Positions 19,843 to 27,704 of a DNA stretch of 64,000 nt are shown here, piece after piece. The DNA comes from an uncultured Candidatus Marinamargulisbacteria bacterium (GTDB lineage: Bacteria > Margulisbacteria > Marinamargulisbacteria > CAYINU01): the NCBI GenBank assembly GCA_964364855.1, contig CAYINU010000002.1, forward strand, positions 2,337 to 66,336, given 5' to 3'. Position 1 is the stretch's first letter. The number at the start of each line of letters is the position of its first letter. A program made the translations under genes and the position numbers. The notes beneath the pieces are model-generated. The model searched no databases. It had not been told where the DNA came from and saw nothing but the letters and a program-made list of their open reading frames with translations.

Positions 19843-21926
19843 GCGAGGCGCCCTGCCTGAAATTGCATGATGCTGTTCAATACCTCAAAGGCGTCGGCCC
19901 GCACGGTGCGCAGTTGTTGGACAAGTTGGGCGTGCGGACACTGTGGGAATTGGTGACCTATTTTCCGCGAGAATACGAAGACCGTCGAACCTGGCCGGCA
20001 CTATCTGCGTTAAAGCCGGATACAGTTGGCTATGGTCTGGTGCGCGTGGTGGACGTTTCCCATCGCCAGGCCGGTAACCGCATGGGGATTACGAAGGCAA
20101 CTGTGTCTGATGGCAAATCCACCGTTCGGGCCGTGTGGTTTAATCAAAAATACCTAAAGGCCCAGCTAAAGCCGGGTCAAGACCTTTGGCTGAAGGGCCG
20201 CTTGAATTGGAATGGCCATGAGGATGAATGGCAGTGGATCATTTCGGATACCGAATGGATGTCTGCGGCCAACCGTGAAGTGGCGGTGGGATGCATTGTG
20301 CCCGTGTATGCCCTGACGGCAGGCTTGTCCCAGGTACGGCTCCGGACGTGGATGCGCCAAGCCATCCTGATGGCCGTGCCACAGCGTGTTGAGCCCTACC
20401 CTCACACGATGCTGCAGGAGGCGCACCTCATGGGCCTAGGGCAGGCTATCGTTGACATTCACTTTCCCAAGCAAGCCGATGCCTATCATGCGGCTCGACG
20501 GCGTCTGGTATTTGACGAATTTTTCTATCCCCAGCTGGCCATCGGGCTGCGCCGTTACCATGTGCAGACCACCATGAAAAGTGACCCGTTGATGCTTTCC
20601 GGGGAACTTACCCGACACTATACCGCCCGTCTGCCTTACACCCTGACCCAGGCCCAACAAGCGGTCATCCGAGATGTTTTGGCCGATGTCCAAAAAACAC
20701 AGGCGATGAATCGGCTTGTTCAGGGCGATGTCGGATCGGGAAAAACGGATGTGGCAGCAGTGGCGCTTCTGGCGGCAGTCGAGTCGGGCGGAAAGGGTGC
20801 CGTAATGGCCCCCACCGAGGTGCTGGCCCATCAGCATTTTCTGAAATTCCAAACCTTGCTCTCCCCACTCGGGGTGAAGGTGGTGCTGGTGACCGGCAAG
20901 CAGTCGGTAGGCCAACGCCAAGCGGCACTGAGCGAATTGTCAAAAGAAGACCCTTTGATTGTAGTGGGGACCCATGCCCTCATTCAAGAGGCGCTGGTTA
21001 TCCGGAATTTGCGGTTGGCTGTTGTGGATGAGCAGCATCGCTTTGGTGTCCTTGCGCGCACCGAACTACGTCGGAAAGGGGCCAATCCCCATTGTCTTTT
21101 CATGACGGCCACACCGATTCCACGTAGCCTCATGCTGACGGCCTATGGCGACTTGGACAAATCCATTATTTCGGAAATGCCGCCTGGTCGAGTACCTCCC
21201 ACGACGACGTCGACTGTGCTAGATAACGAAAATGAAATATTCCGCTTGTGCTTGGACCGACTAAGCGAGGGGCGCCAGGTTTACATCGTGTTTCCGCTGA
21301 TCGAGGAGTCCGAAAAGATCGATTTGGCCTCAGCGGTTGCTGCATTTGAACGCTTACAAGCATCGGTGTTTACCGGTTATAAGGTTGGGTTGTTGCACGG
21401 ACGAATGACTACCCGGGAAAAGGCAGAGGTGTTGGATCGCTTCAAATCCAACGCTGCCCAAGTTCTGGTGAGCACCACCGTCATCGAAGTCGGTATCGAT
21501 GTTCCCAATGCAACGGTAATGGTCATCTATCACGCCGAGCGGTTTGGATTGGCGCAGTTGCATCAGCTACGGGGTCGCATCGGACGTGGGGGTGGCCGCA
21601 GTGATTGCGTGTTGGTATGTACCTCCCGTGAAGATGCCAAGGGAGCTCGCATCAAAGCGCTGGTAGAAACGACGGATGGCTTCAAGCTTGCCCAGATCGA
21701 TCTGAAGCTTCGGGGTCCCGGGGCGTTAAATGGGTTGCGGCAAGCCGGTATGCCGGACTACAAATTGGCCAATCTCATCACGGACGAGTTGCTGTTGCTT
21801 TTGGCAAGAGAAATGGCAGGAAAAGTGGTGGCATCGGATCCGACACTGAAACAACCCACCCACAAATGGATCCGATCTGAGCTGGCCCGGTTGAATCAGC
21901 GGCTGGGCTGGGGGAGGTTGAATTAA
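19839..21926 (+). CDS. recG: ATP-dependent DNA helicase RecG
   Basis: A wedge domain is followed by the helicase core ...LVQGDVGSGKTDVAAVA... DEQHRFGV ... and a C-terminal RecG fold. The protein is 695 aa. Confidence 0.9.
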   Translation: MSEAPCLKLHDAVQYLKGVGPHGAQLLDKLGVRTLWELVTYFPREYEDRRTWPALSALKPDTVGYGLVRVVDVSHRQAGNRMGITKATVSDGKSTVRAVWFNQKYLKAQLKPGQDLWLKGRLNWNGHEDEWQWIISDTEWMSAANREVAVGCIVPVYALTAGLSQVRLRTWMRQAILMAVPQRVEPYPHTMLQEAHLMGLGQAIVDIHFPKQADAYHAARRRLVFDEFFYPQLAIGLRRYHVQTTMKSDPLMLSGELTRHYTARLPYTLTQAQQAVIRDVLADVQKTQAMNRLVQGDVGSGKTDVAAVALLAAVESGGKGAVMAPTEVLAHQHFLKFQTLLSPLGVKVVLVTGKQSVGQRQAALSELSKEDPLIVVGTHALIQEALVIRNLRLAVVDEQHRFGVLARTELRRKGANPHCLFMTATPIPRSLMLTAYGDLDKSIISEMPPGRVPPTTTSTVLDNENEIFRLCLDRLSEGRQVYIVFPLIEESEKIDLASAVAAFERLQASVFTGYKVGLLHGRMTTREKAEVLDRFKSNAAQVLVSTTVIEVGIDVPNATVMVIYHAERFGLAQLHQLRGRIGRGGGRSDCVLVCTSREDAKGARIKALVETTDGFKLAQIDLKLRGPGALNGLRQAGMPDYKLANLITDELLLLLAREMAGKVVASDPTLKQPTHKWIRSELARLNQRLGWGRLN

Positions 21927-21952
21927 TGGCAAATTTAGAACGACTTAGACAG

Positions 21953-21981
21953 TTGACTAAATTTACTTAAAAGACTAAATT
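21953..21981 (+). promoter_or_regulatory. sigma70-like promoter TTGACT-17-TAAATT in an AT-rich spacer, overlapping two 11-bp direct repeats gactaaattta (21955-21965, 21973-21983)
   Basis: Read directly, upstream of the orphan ATPase gene. Confidence 0.4.
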
Positions 21982-22026
21982 TAGTTGATAGAATAAATTT
22001 ATGAATTTCTATAATGGGATATAAAT

Positions 22027-23223
22027 ATGCAAATTGAAAATCCTTTCCGGCCCGGCGCCGGCCATCCCCCTCCTTTTTTAGCGGGACGCACTGCGGAACA
22101 AGACGAGATGCGAAAGCTACTGCGGCAAACTGTTATAACAGAGAATCTGGTTTTGACCGGCCTTAGAGGTGTAGGCAAAACGGTTCTGTTAGAAACCTTT
22201 AAGCCTATTGCCTATGAAAACCACTGGCTATGGGCTGGAAATGATTTATCAGAAACGGCTAGTATAACAGAGCAAAATCTAGCTACGCGGATCCTGACCG
22301 ATATTGCTTTGGTCACATCCGCAATCATTACCAGTGAGGTTAAAGTTTCTAAGATGGGTTTTGCTACGCAAGAAGAAACGGTTTCCCATCCTATAAACTA
22401 TGAGGTCTTAAGATATCGTTTTGATAGTACGCCCGGGCTAGTATCCGACAAGTTAAAAGCTACTTTGGAATGGGTATGGCCAATGCTGCCACATGACAAG
22501 TTAAAAGGCATTGTGTTTGCCTACGACGAAGCTCAAAATTTGTCCGACCACGCAGCTAAAGACGAATATCCCTTATCGTTGCTTTTAGAAGTATTTCAAT
22601 CGCTACAAAGAAAAAAAATACCGTATTTACTGATTTTGACAGGGTTGCCCACGCTATTTCCAAAGCTTGTAGAAGCAAGGACCTATGCCGAGCGAATGTT
22701 TCATATTATTTTTCTTAAGCAACTTTCTGATAAAGATTCTGAAGATGCAATTAATATTCCTATTCAGAAAGAAAAATCTCTTCTTACTTTTTCTCAGGAT
22801 GCTGTAAGGATTATAGTCAGCCTGTCTGGGGGCTACCCATATTTTATTCAGTTTATTTGTAAGGAAGTATTTGATATTTGGATTCCAAAATTAGAACAAG
22901 GTGAAATTCCAGGAACCTTTCTCCCTTCTGATGATATCTTAAGAAAATTAGATACGGATTTTTTTCAGGGTCGATGGGCTAAGGCAACAGATAGGCAAAG
23001 AGACCTTTTAACCCTTGTTTCGACGCTTCCTAATTGTGAAGATGAGTTCACGGTTCAGGAAATCGCTTCAGCATCAAAGAACACCCAGAAACCCTTTTCT
23101 AGCAGCCATATTATTCAAATGTTAGCCTCTTTGGCGGATGCGGGTCTCGTTTATAAAAATCGGCATGGAAAGTATGCTTTAGCAGTCCCTTTGTTGTCTC
23201 GCTTTATCCGTCGGTCTGAATAG
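22027..23223 (+). CDS. orphan AAA+ ATPase of the archaeal-type ATPase family (COG1672 / Arch_ATPase-like) with C-terminal winged helix
   Basis: NPFRPGAGHPPPFLAGRTAEQDEM is the family-typical N-terminus. Walker A is GLRGVGKT and Walker B is IVFAYDEAQ. The C-terminal ...GLVYKNRHGKYALAVPLL is a wHTH. The 3' half of the gene is markedly AT-richer than its neighbours. Confidence 0.7.
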   Translation: MQIENPFRPGAGHPPPFLAGRTAEQDEMRKLLRQTVITENLVLTGLRGVGKTVLLETFKPIAYENHWLWAGNDLSETASITEQNLATRILTDIALVTSAIITSEVKVSKMGFATQEETVSHPINYEVLRYRFDSTPGLVSDKLKATLEWVWPMLPHDKLKGIVFAYDEAQNLSDHAAKDEYPLSLLLEVFQSLQRKKIPYLLILTGLPTLFPKLVEARTYAERMFHIIFLKQLSDKDSEDAINIPIQKEKSLLTFSQDAVRIIVSLSGGYPYFIQFICKEVFDIWIPKLEQGEIPGTFLPSDDILRKLDTDFFQGRWAKATDRQRDLLTLVSTLPNCEDEFTVQEIASASKNTQKPFSSSHIIQMLASLADAGLVYKNRHGKYALAVPLLSRFIRRSE

Positions 23224-23232
23224 CTTGAGGCG

Positions 23233-23751
23233 ATGCACATTTTAGGCGGCACATTGAAAGGAAAGTCCCTGACCCGGTCCAAGACCGATGCCGTGCGGGC
23301 TACTCAAAGCCGTGTGCGCGAAGCGGTTTTCAACATTTTGCAAACCCGTGTCTCGGGGTCCCGCTTTCTGGATTTGTTTTCTGGAACAGGGGCCATGGGA
23401 CTTGAGGCATGGTCGCGGGGTGCGGTGAGCGTGACTTGCGTGGACCAGGACGTGAGGCTGGTGCGCCAAAACTGCAAAGACACTCCGGAAATCCGAATTG
23501 TTCAAAAAGAGGTTGTGCGCTTTGTGACGGCTGCTACCGAGCCAGTGGATATTATTTTTGTAGATCCCCCATGGCAGGATCTGCGCGTACTCACCGATAC
23601 GTTGAAGGGCATAGTGGCCTCTGATATACTTTTTGAATCGGGCTTACTCCTGGTGGAGCACTACAAAAAGACACAGTTGCCCACTCTGCCTTTTACCTTT
23701 TTAAAAACCTATCAGTACGGGGACACGGTGTTAACGGTTTGGACGCGATGA
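23233..23751 (+). CDS. rsmD: 16S rRNA (guanine966-N2)-methyltransferase
   Basis: ...FLDLFSGTGAMGLEAWSRGA...IIFVDPPW... is a SAM methyltransferase with the DPPW motif. The rsmD-coaD gene pair is conserved. Confidence 0.85.
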   Translation: MHILGGTLKGKSLTRSKTDAVRATQSRVREAVFNILQTRVSGSRFLDLFSGTGAMGLEAWSRGAVSVTCVDQDVRLVRQNCKDTPEIRIVQKEVVRFVTAATEPVDIIFVDPPWQDLRVLTDTLKGIVASDILFESGLLLVEHYKKTQLPTLPFTFLKTYQYGDTVLTVWTR

Positions 23752-24221
23752 AAAAAGCCATTTATGCCGGCAGTTTCGACCCCATTACTTTGGGCCACGT
23801 CGACATTATCCGGCGTGCGCTGGTGCTGTTTGATGAAGTCCACATTGCCATCTTGCATAACCCCCTTAAGGCTAGCTTGTTTTCTTTGGATGAACGGATC
23901 GATCTGGTGCGGTCCGCAGTGGATGATGGTCGCGTAAAGGTCGAGGGATTTCGTGGCCTATTGGCGGATTTTGCCTCTCAAAAACAGATTTTCACCATCA
24001 TTCGAGGATTACGCGCCGTATCGGATTTTGACTACGAGATCCAAATGGCTCACACCAACCGTTTGCTTCAACCCCAGCTGGATACGGTTTTTTTGATGAC
24101 GGACGTTTCATTTTCTTATCTAAGTTCAAGTTTGGTTAAGCAGGTCGCCAGTTTCGGCGGCAATATATCCCGCTTTGTTCCGCCGGTGGTGGGACAGGCA
24201 TTACAGGAGAAGTACCGATGA
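23748..24221 (+). CDS. coaD: phosphopantetheine adenylyltransferase
   Basis: MKKAIYAGSFDPITLGHVDII... matches CoaD. The start overlaps the rsmD stop as ATGA. Confidence 0.9.
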   Translation: MKKAIYAGSFDPITLGHVDIIRRALVLFDEVHIAILHNPLKASLFSLDERIDLVRSAVDDGRVKVEGFRGLLADFASQKQIFTIIRGLRAVSDFDYEIQMAHTNRLLQPQLDTVFLMTDVSFSYLSSSLVKQVASFGGNISRFVPPVVGQALQEKYR

Positions 24222-24694
24222 ATGAGATCTTTGGAATGGTGGATGCGATCGAGGCCTACATTTTGGGGTGTAAGCGCTTCCCGCTGACAGACAAGATTTT
24301 GATGGATGAACGTCGGCTGCTCGAAATGCTGGACAAGGTCCGATTTGCCCTCAAAAGCGAAGGGCGCATCGTGAGGGAGTCTCTGGAACGGGCTCAAGGA
24401 GGGGCGTCAGCGCCTATCTCTGAATCGGCGCAGATCCTTTCGACGGATACGGTATCGGCTATACCTGAGTCTGAAATTGCCCAGCGTCGGGCTGAGGCTG
24501 AGCAGTATGCCCAGCAGATTTCTGCCGGAGCCGATCAATATGCCGATCAAGTATTGGCCAATATGCTGTTTTTGGTGGCCAAATTGCAAAAAAATCTGCA
24601 GTCGATGGAAAAAAGCATTGAAAGCGGACGCCAGGTTTTGGAAAAAAATAAAGAGACCCATATGCCCACAGGAGATGCCAATCATGCGTATTGA
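24218..24694 (+). CDS. hypothetical coiled-coil protein
   Basis: The ORF is 158 aa with conserved-looking N-terminus MNEIFGMVDAIEAYILGCKRFPLTDKILMDERRLLEMLDKVRFAL and a Gln/Ala-rich helical C-terminus. It overlaps the rph start by 11 nt. Confidence 0.5.
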   Translation: MNEIFGMVDAIEAYILGCKRFPLTDKILMDERRLLEMLDKVRFALKSEGRIVRESLERAQGGASAPISESAQILSTDTVSAIPESEIAQRRAEAEQYAQQISAGADQYADQVLANMLFLVAKLQKNLQSMEKSIESGRQVLEKNKETHMPTGDANHAY

Positions 24695-25412
24695 TCGCCG
24701 AGACCCTGATCAAGAACGACCTTTAACCATCGTCCGTAAATTCACGAAATATGCGCCCGGATCCGTGCTCATTTCCTTCGGGGAGACAAAGGTGTTGTGT
24801 ACGGCCACCATCGAGGAAAAAGTACCGCCTTTTCTAAAAGAGTCGCAAAAAGGCTGGGTGACTGCAGAATATTCGATGCTGCCAGGCGCCACGCATACCC
24901 GCAGCGTCCGAGAGGTCAAGCGTGGCCATCAGTCCGGGAGAACTACCGAGATCCAGCGTCTTATCGGACGGTCGTTGCGCTCGGTTATCGATGGAAAAAA
25001 GCTGGGAGAGCGGACCATTACGGTTGACTGTGACGTGTTGCAAGCGGATGGCGGGACACGTACTGCGGCGATTACCGGCGGAATGATCGCGATGTGGGAC
25101 GCAGTACAGTATCTATTGTCCGAGCGTAAAATCAGGCAAAACCCGATTACCGAATTTTTGGCCGCCGTCAGTGTGGGCATCGTGGATGATCAGATTATGG
25201 TGGATCTTTGCTACGATGAAGATGTGCGCGCCCAAGTGGATATGAATGTGGTTATCACCCAGTCCGGGGCCTTGGTTGAAGTTCAGGGCACAGGCGAGGA
25301 ACGGCCGTTTAGCCGCCATCAATTTGATGCCATGCTGGATGCCGCGACGTTGTCGGTCGGACGCTTGATTGCGGCTGCGCGAGAGTCCGTGGGTGAGCTG
25401 ACGGTGGCATGA
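24684..25412 (+). CDS. rph: ribonuclease PH
   Basis: MRIDRRDPDQERPLTIVRKFTKYAPGSVLISFGETKVLCTA...TAEYSMLPGATHTR...DCDVLQADGGTRTAAITG... matches Rph. GGAG at 24671-24674 is the RBS for ATG 24684. Confidence 0.9.
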   Translation: MRIDRRDPDQERPLTIVRKFTKYAPGSVLISFGETKVLCTATIEEKVPPFLKESQKGWVTAEYSMLPGATHTRSVREVKRGHQSGRTTEIQRLIGRSLRSVIDGKKLGERTITVDCDVLQADGGTRTAAITGGMIAMWDAVQYLLSERKIRQNPITEFLAAVSVGIVDDQIMVDLCYDEDVRAQVDMNVVITQSGALVEVQGTGEERPFSRHQFDAMLDAATLSVGRLIAAARESVGELTVA

Positions 25413-26065
25413 ATCTGATTTACGAACAGATCGTTCGACAGATTCAGTCGGCGTTACTGGTCACAGATTCCAAACTTCGCATTTTATATATCAACGAAGT
25501 CGCATGGCAGACTTTTATGGCCAGTCCTGCCGCTCGCGTGGGACGGTCCGTCCGACGGGCCTTTTCTCCGAGTGTTGTTCGCGTTCTGACAGAGGCTTGG
25601 CAACAGGTTCAAAAGACCCAGGCCGCATGGCGCGTGGATGAGTTCAAGTGGGTCAGTCGCACCCCCGAAAAAACGGAAAAGATAATCGGGTTTACAGCCT
25701 CCCCGTGGCGATCGGAGCACTCTGGGACGATCGAAGGGATGATTATTTCAGCAAAGGACATCACGCATCTGATTGCCATGCAAGAGCAAATCAAACATTC
25801 TCAGAAATTGGGCATCATTTCGCAACTGGTGCTTACCCTGCATCATGAGATCCGAAATCCCCTGACTGCTATTTCGACGGCGGTTCAAATGATCAATTCG
25901 CACCGGGTAAGCGATGCCGCCAAAATGGAGGCCCTGTGCAAAATTATCGAAGAAAAAGCGATCGCTATCGAAAACGTCATGCAAAAGCTCAACCAGATTA
26001 CGGAACCCGTTATTGAAATGTATCCTGGCGGCGTGCCGTTTATTGATCTGAAACGGTCCAAATAA
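25409..26065 (+). CDS. PAS + HisKA (dimerisation/phospho-acceptor) protein lacking a kinase ATPase domain
   Basis: An N-terminal PAS-like region is followed by the H-box LHHEIRNPLTAISTAVQMI. The protein ends about 60 aa later with no N/G1/G2 boxes in any downstream frame. The start overlaps the rph stop as ATGA. Confidence 0.7.
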   Translation: MNLIYEQIVRQIQSALLVTDSKLRILYINEVAWQTFMASPAARVGRSVRRAFSPSVVRVLTEAWQQVQKTQAAWRVDEFKWVSRTPEKTEKIIGFTASPWRSEHSGTIEGMIISAKDITHLIAMQEQIKHSQKLGIISQLVLTLHHEIRNPLTAISTAVQMINSHRVSDAAKMEALCKIIEEKAIAIENVMQKLNQITEPVIEMYPGGVPFIDLKRSK

Positions 26066-26584
26066 ATGCATGCGTTGGCAATGACCTCCCGACAGAATGC
26101 CTTGGCTCTCCATATCTTATTTTTTGCCTATGCGCTGTGTCCGTTTTCGGCCTGGAAAGACATGCTTTGGCAACTCATTAAGCTTGAGCTTTTTTATATC
26201 GGGGGGGCGTGTAAAAAAACAGGCAACTGCTGTGAAGGTATCGTGTTGACGGTGGAGGGCCACCTGATTGAGACGATTGAGGCCTTTGAGAACGCGCGAA
26301 AAAAGCACGCCGAATTGACTTGCTTTGAGCCTGCTGGTGTGGGTAGCGTATTTAACTGCCGGAATCTGAAACCTGACCGGACTTGCGCGGACTACGCCAA
26401 TCGGCCGCAATTGTGCCGAGCGTATCCTGCCAATCATTTTTTTTCTGGCAACCGGTTTTATGATGACTGCGGGTTTAGGGTGATACCAAAGGCGTGGCAC
26501 ACCCTCATTTCCTCCCATCGGGGCTTACATCGACGTGTTCAGGATTTTGCGGCCACTTACGATGTTGTATGGCGGGGTAATTGA
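26066..26584 (+). CDS. YkgJ/UPF0153-type Cys-rich (putative Fe-S/zinc-binding) protein
   Basis: GGACKKTGNCCEG is a degenerate CxxCxxCC motif. C...NCRNLKPDRTCADYANRPQLCRAYP matches the family motif C.IY..RP..CR.YP. The ATG directly follows the upstream TAA (taaATG). Confidence 0.55.
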   Translation: MHALAMTSRQNALALHILFFAYALCPFSAWKDMLWQLIKLELFYIGGACKKTGNCCEGIVLTVEGHLIETIEAFENARKKHAELTCFEPAGVGSVFNCRNLKPDRTCADYANRPQLCRAYPANHFFSGNRFYDDCGFRVIPKAWHTLISSHRGLHRRVQDFAATYDVVWRGN

Positions 26585-27168
26585 TGGATCCCGTTTCAAC
26601 GTTTTACATTACGGACCGCCACTACAACCTCATCATTCGCCAGGGCATAGCCAACTATCCGCAAGAAAGCGGTGGATTTGTGGGAGGGCGGTCTGGTGTC
26701 ATTTTGGGTGTGCTGCCCGTATTCAATCAGCATTTGTACAACAAAACCGATACCTATGGCTTGGGTCCCGAAGATACGCTCCGTGCCCACCAGTTTTTTG
26801 AAAAACATCGCCTGACCTGTTTTGGAGTATACCACTCCCATCCCAAGGGCTTGCCCGAGCCCTCGTTTCAGGATTTAAAATCCGGCAATAAATTTCATTT
26901 CATTGTCGGCCTACGTGACCTCAAAAACCCGGTTTTGTTTTGCTATGAGGCCCGCGGATTTCAGGCTCAGGCCATACCCTTGGTCGTGATTACCGAAAAA
27001 GACCTACCCCAATACTTACCCGCGCAAGATGTGGCTCGTTACCATCCCAACTTCGAGTCCATTGACCTCTCCCAGAAGATCGAAGACATCAAAAATCAGA
27101 CCATTTTATATCCGAAAAATCCGCCCACAGATCCCCATAACCCGGATGGATTTAGTACGTTTGCCTAA
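26581..27168 (+). CDS. JAB/MPN+ (JAMM) zinc metalloprotease with a C-terminal extension of about 90 aa
   Basis: The complete JAMM motif is present: ...YPQESGGFVGG... (Glu) then GVYHSHPKGLPEPSFQDL, which is H-x-H-x7-S-x2-D. The start overlaps the upstream gene as ATGA. Confidence 0.75.
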   Translation: MMDPVSTFYITDRHYNLIIRQGIANYPQESGGFVGGRSGVILGVLPVFNQHLYNKTDTYGLGPEDTLRAHQFFEKHRLTCFGVYHSHPKGLPEPSFQDLKSGNKFHFIVGLRDLKNPVLFCYEARGFQAQAIPLVVITEKDLPQYLPAQDVARYHPNFESIDLSQKIEDIKNQTILYPKNPPTDPHNPDGFSTFA

Positions 27169-27200
27169 ATGCGTAACTGGCATGTTAAACTAAAAGTCCT

Positions 27201-27509
27201 ATGCCAAAACGCCTAAAGTTAAATATTGACTTAAATATTCCGATTACTGTCCTTTTAGAGGGGGATATGTACGTTGCCTATACGCCTGCATTTGATTTAT
27301 CGAGCTGTGGAGAGACGTTCGAGGAGGCCGAAATTAATTTGCGGGACGCTACTATACTTTTTATTGAAGAATGTATTCGAATGGGAACACTCGAACGGGT
27401 TTTAGAATCTTGTGGGTGGGCAATCCAGAAACGACAAAACAAATGGGTGCCGCCGCAAATCATCAAACATGACCTTATGCAATTGCCTCCACTTGCGCTT
27501 GCTGCCTGA
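27201..27509 (+). CDS. hicB: HicB/UPF0150-family antitoxin
   Basis: ITVLLEGDMYVAYTPAFDLSSCGETFEEAEINLRDATILFIEECI resembles the HicB N-domain (...YVAYVPDLPGC.TQGDTLEEA...A...). Confidence 0.7.
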   Translation: MPKRLKLNIDLNIPITVLLEGDMYVAYTPAFDLSSCGETFEEAEINLRDATILFIEECIRMGTLERVLESCGWAIQKRQNKWVPPQIIKHDLMQLPPLALAA

Positions 27510-27704
27510 TGGCTCATATCACGCCTGTTGGGATGCACCTTTTCAAGGCAAAAAGGGAGTCATAAAGTATATGTGCGCTCAGATTTGCCTCGACCTATTA
27601 TTATTCCGAGTTACAAAGGGGTACCTGTTTTTGTTATTCGGAATATTTTAAGGCAATTGGACATCGGCCAAGAGCAGTATTTCCAGCTGCTAAAAACACT
27701 TTAA
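27510..27704 (+). pseudogene. hicA: HicA-family toxin reading frame without a usable start codon (in frame with hicB after a single TGA); probably a decayed toxin or one started at TTG 27528
   Basis: Frame translation *WLISRLLGCTFSRQKGSHKVYVRSDLPRPIIIPSYKGVPVFVIRNILRQLDIGQEQYFQLLKTL* carries the HicA hallmarks (LIKLLE.DGW...RQKGSHH ... LR.ILKQ.GL..EEF..LL). No in-frame ATG or GTG exists; ATG 27508 is in the +1 frame. The stop overlaps the proA end convergently. Confidence 0.5.

Noticed and set aside
27507-27509. TGA recoding (Trp/Gly) to join hicB and hicA into one protein
   Set aside because: TGA functions as a genuine stop for conserved core genes in this window, for example the rplK/rplA ATGA junction and the lepB stop. 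Genome-wide recoding is therefore excluded. Local read-through remains only a remote possibility.
27412-27651. 79-aa ORF from the track overlapping the hicB end and the HicA frame
   Set aside because: It is in the +1 frame and its sequence is not family-like. The frame-0 translation shows clear HicA motifs, so the track ORF is a by-product.
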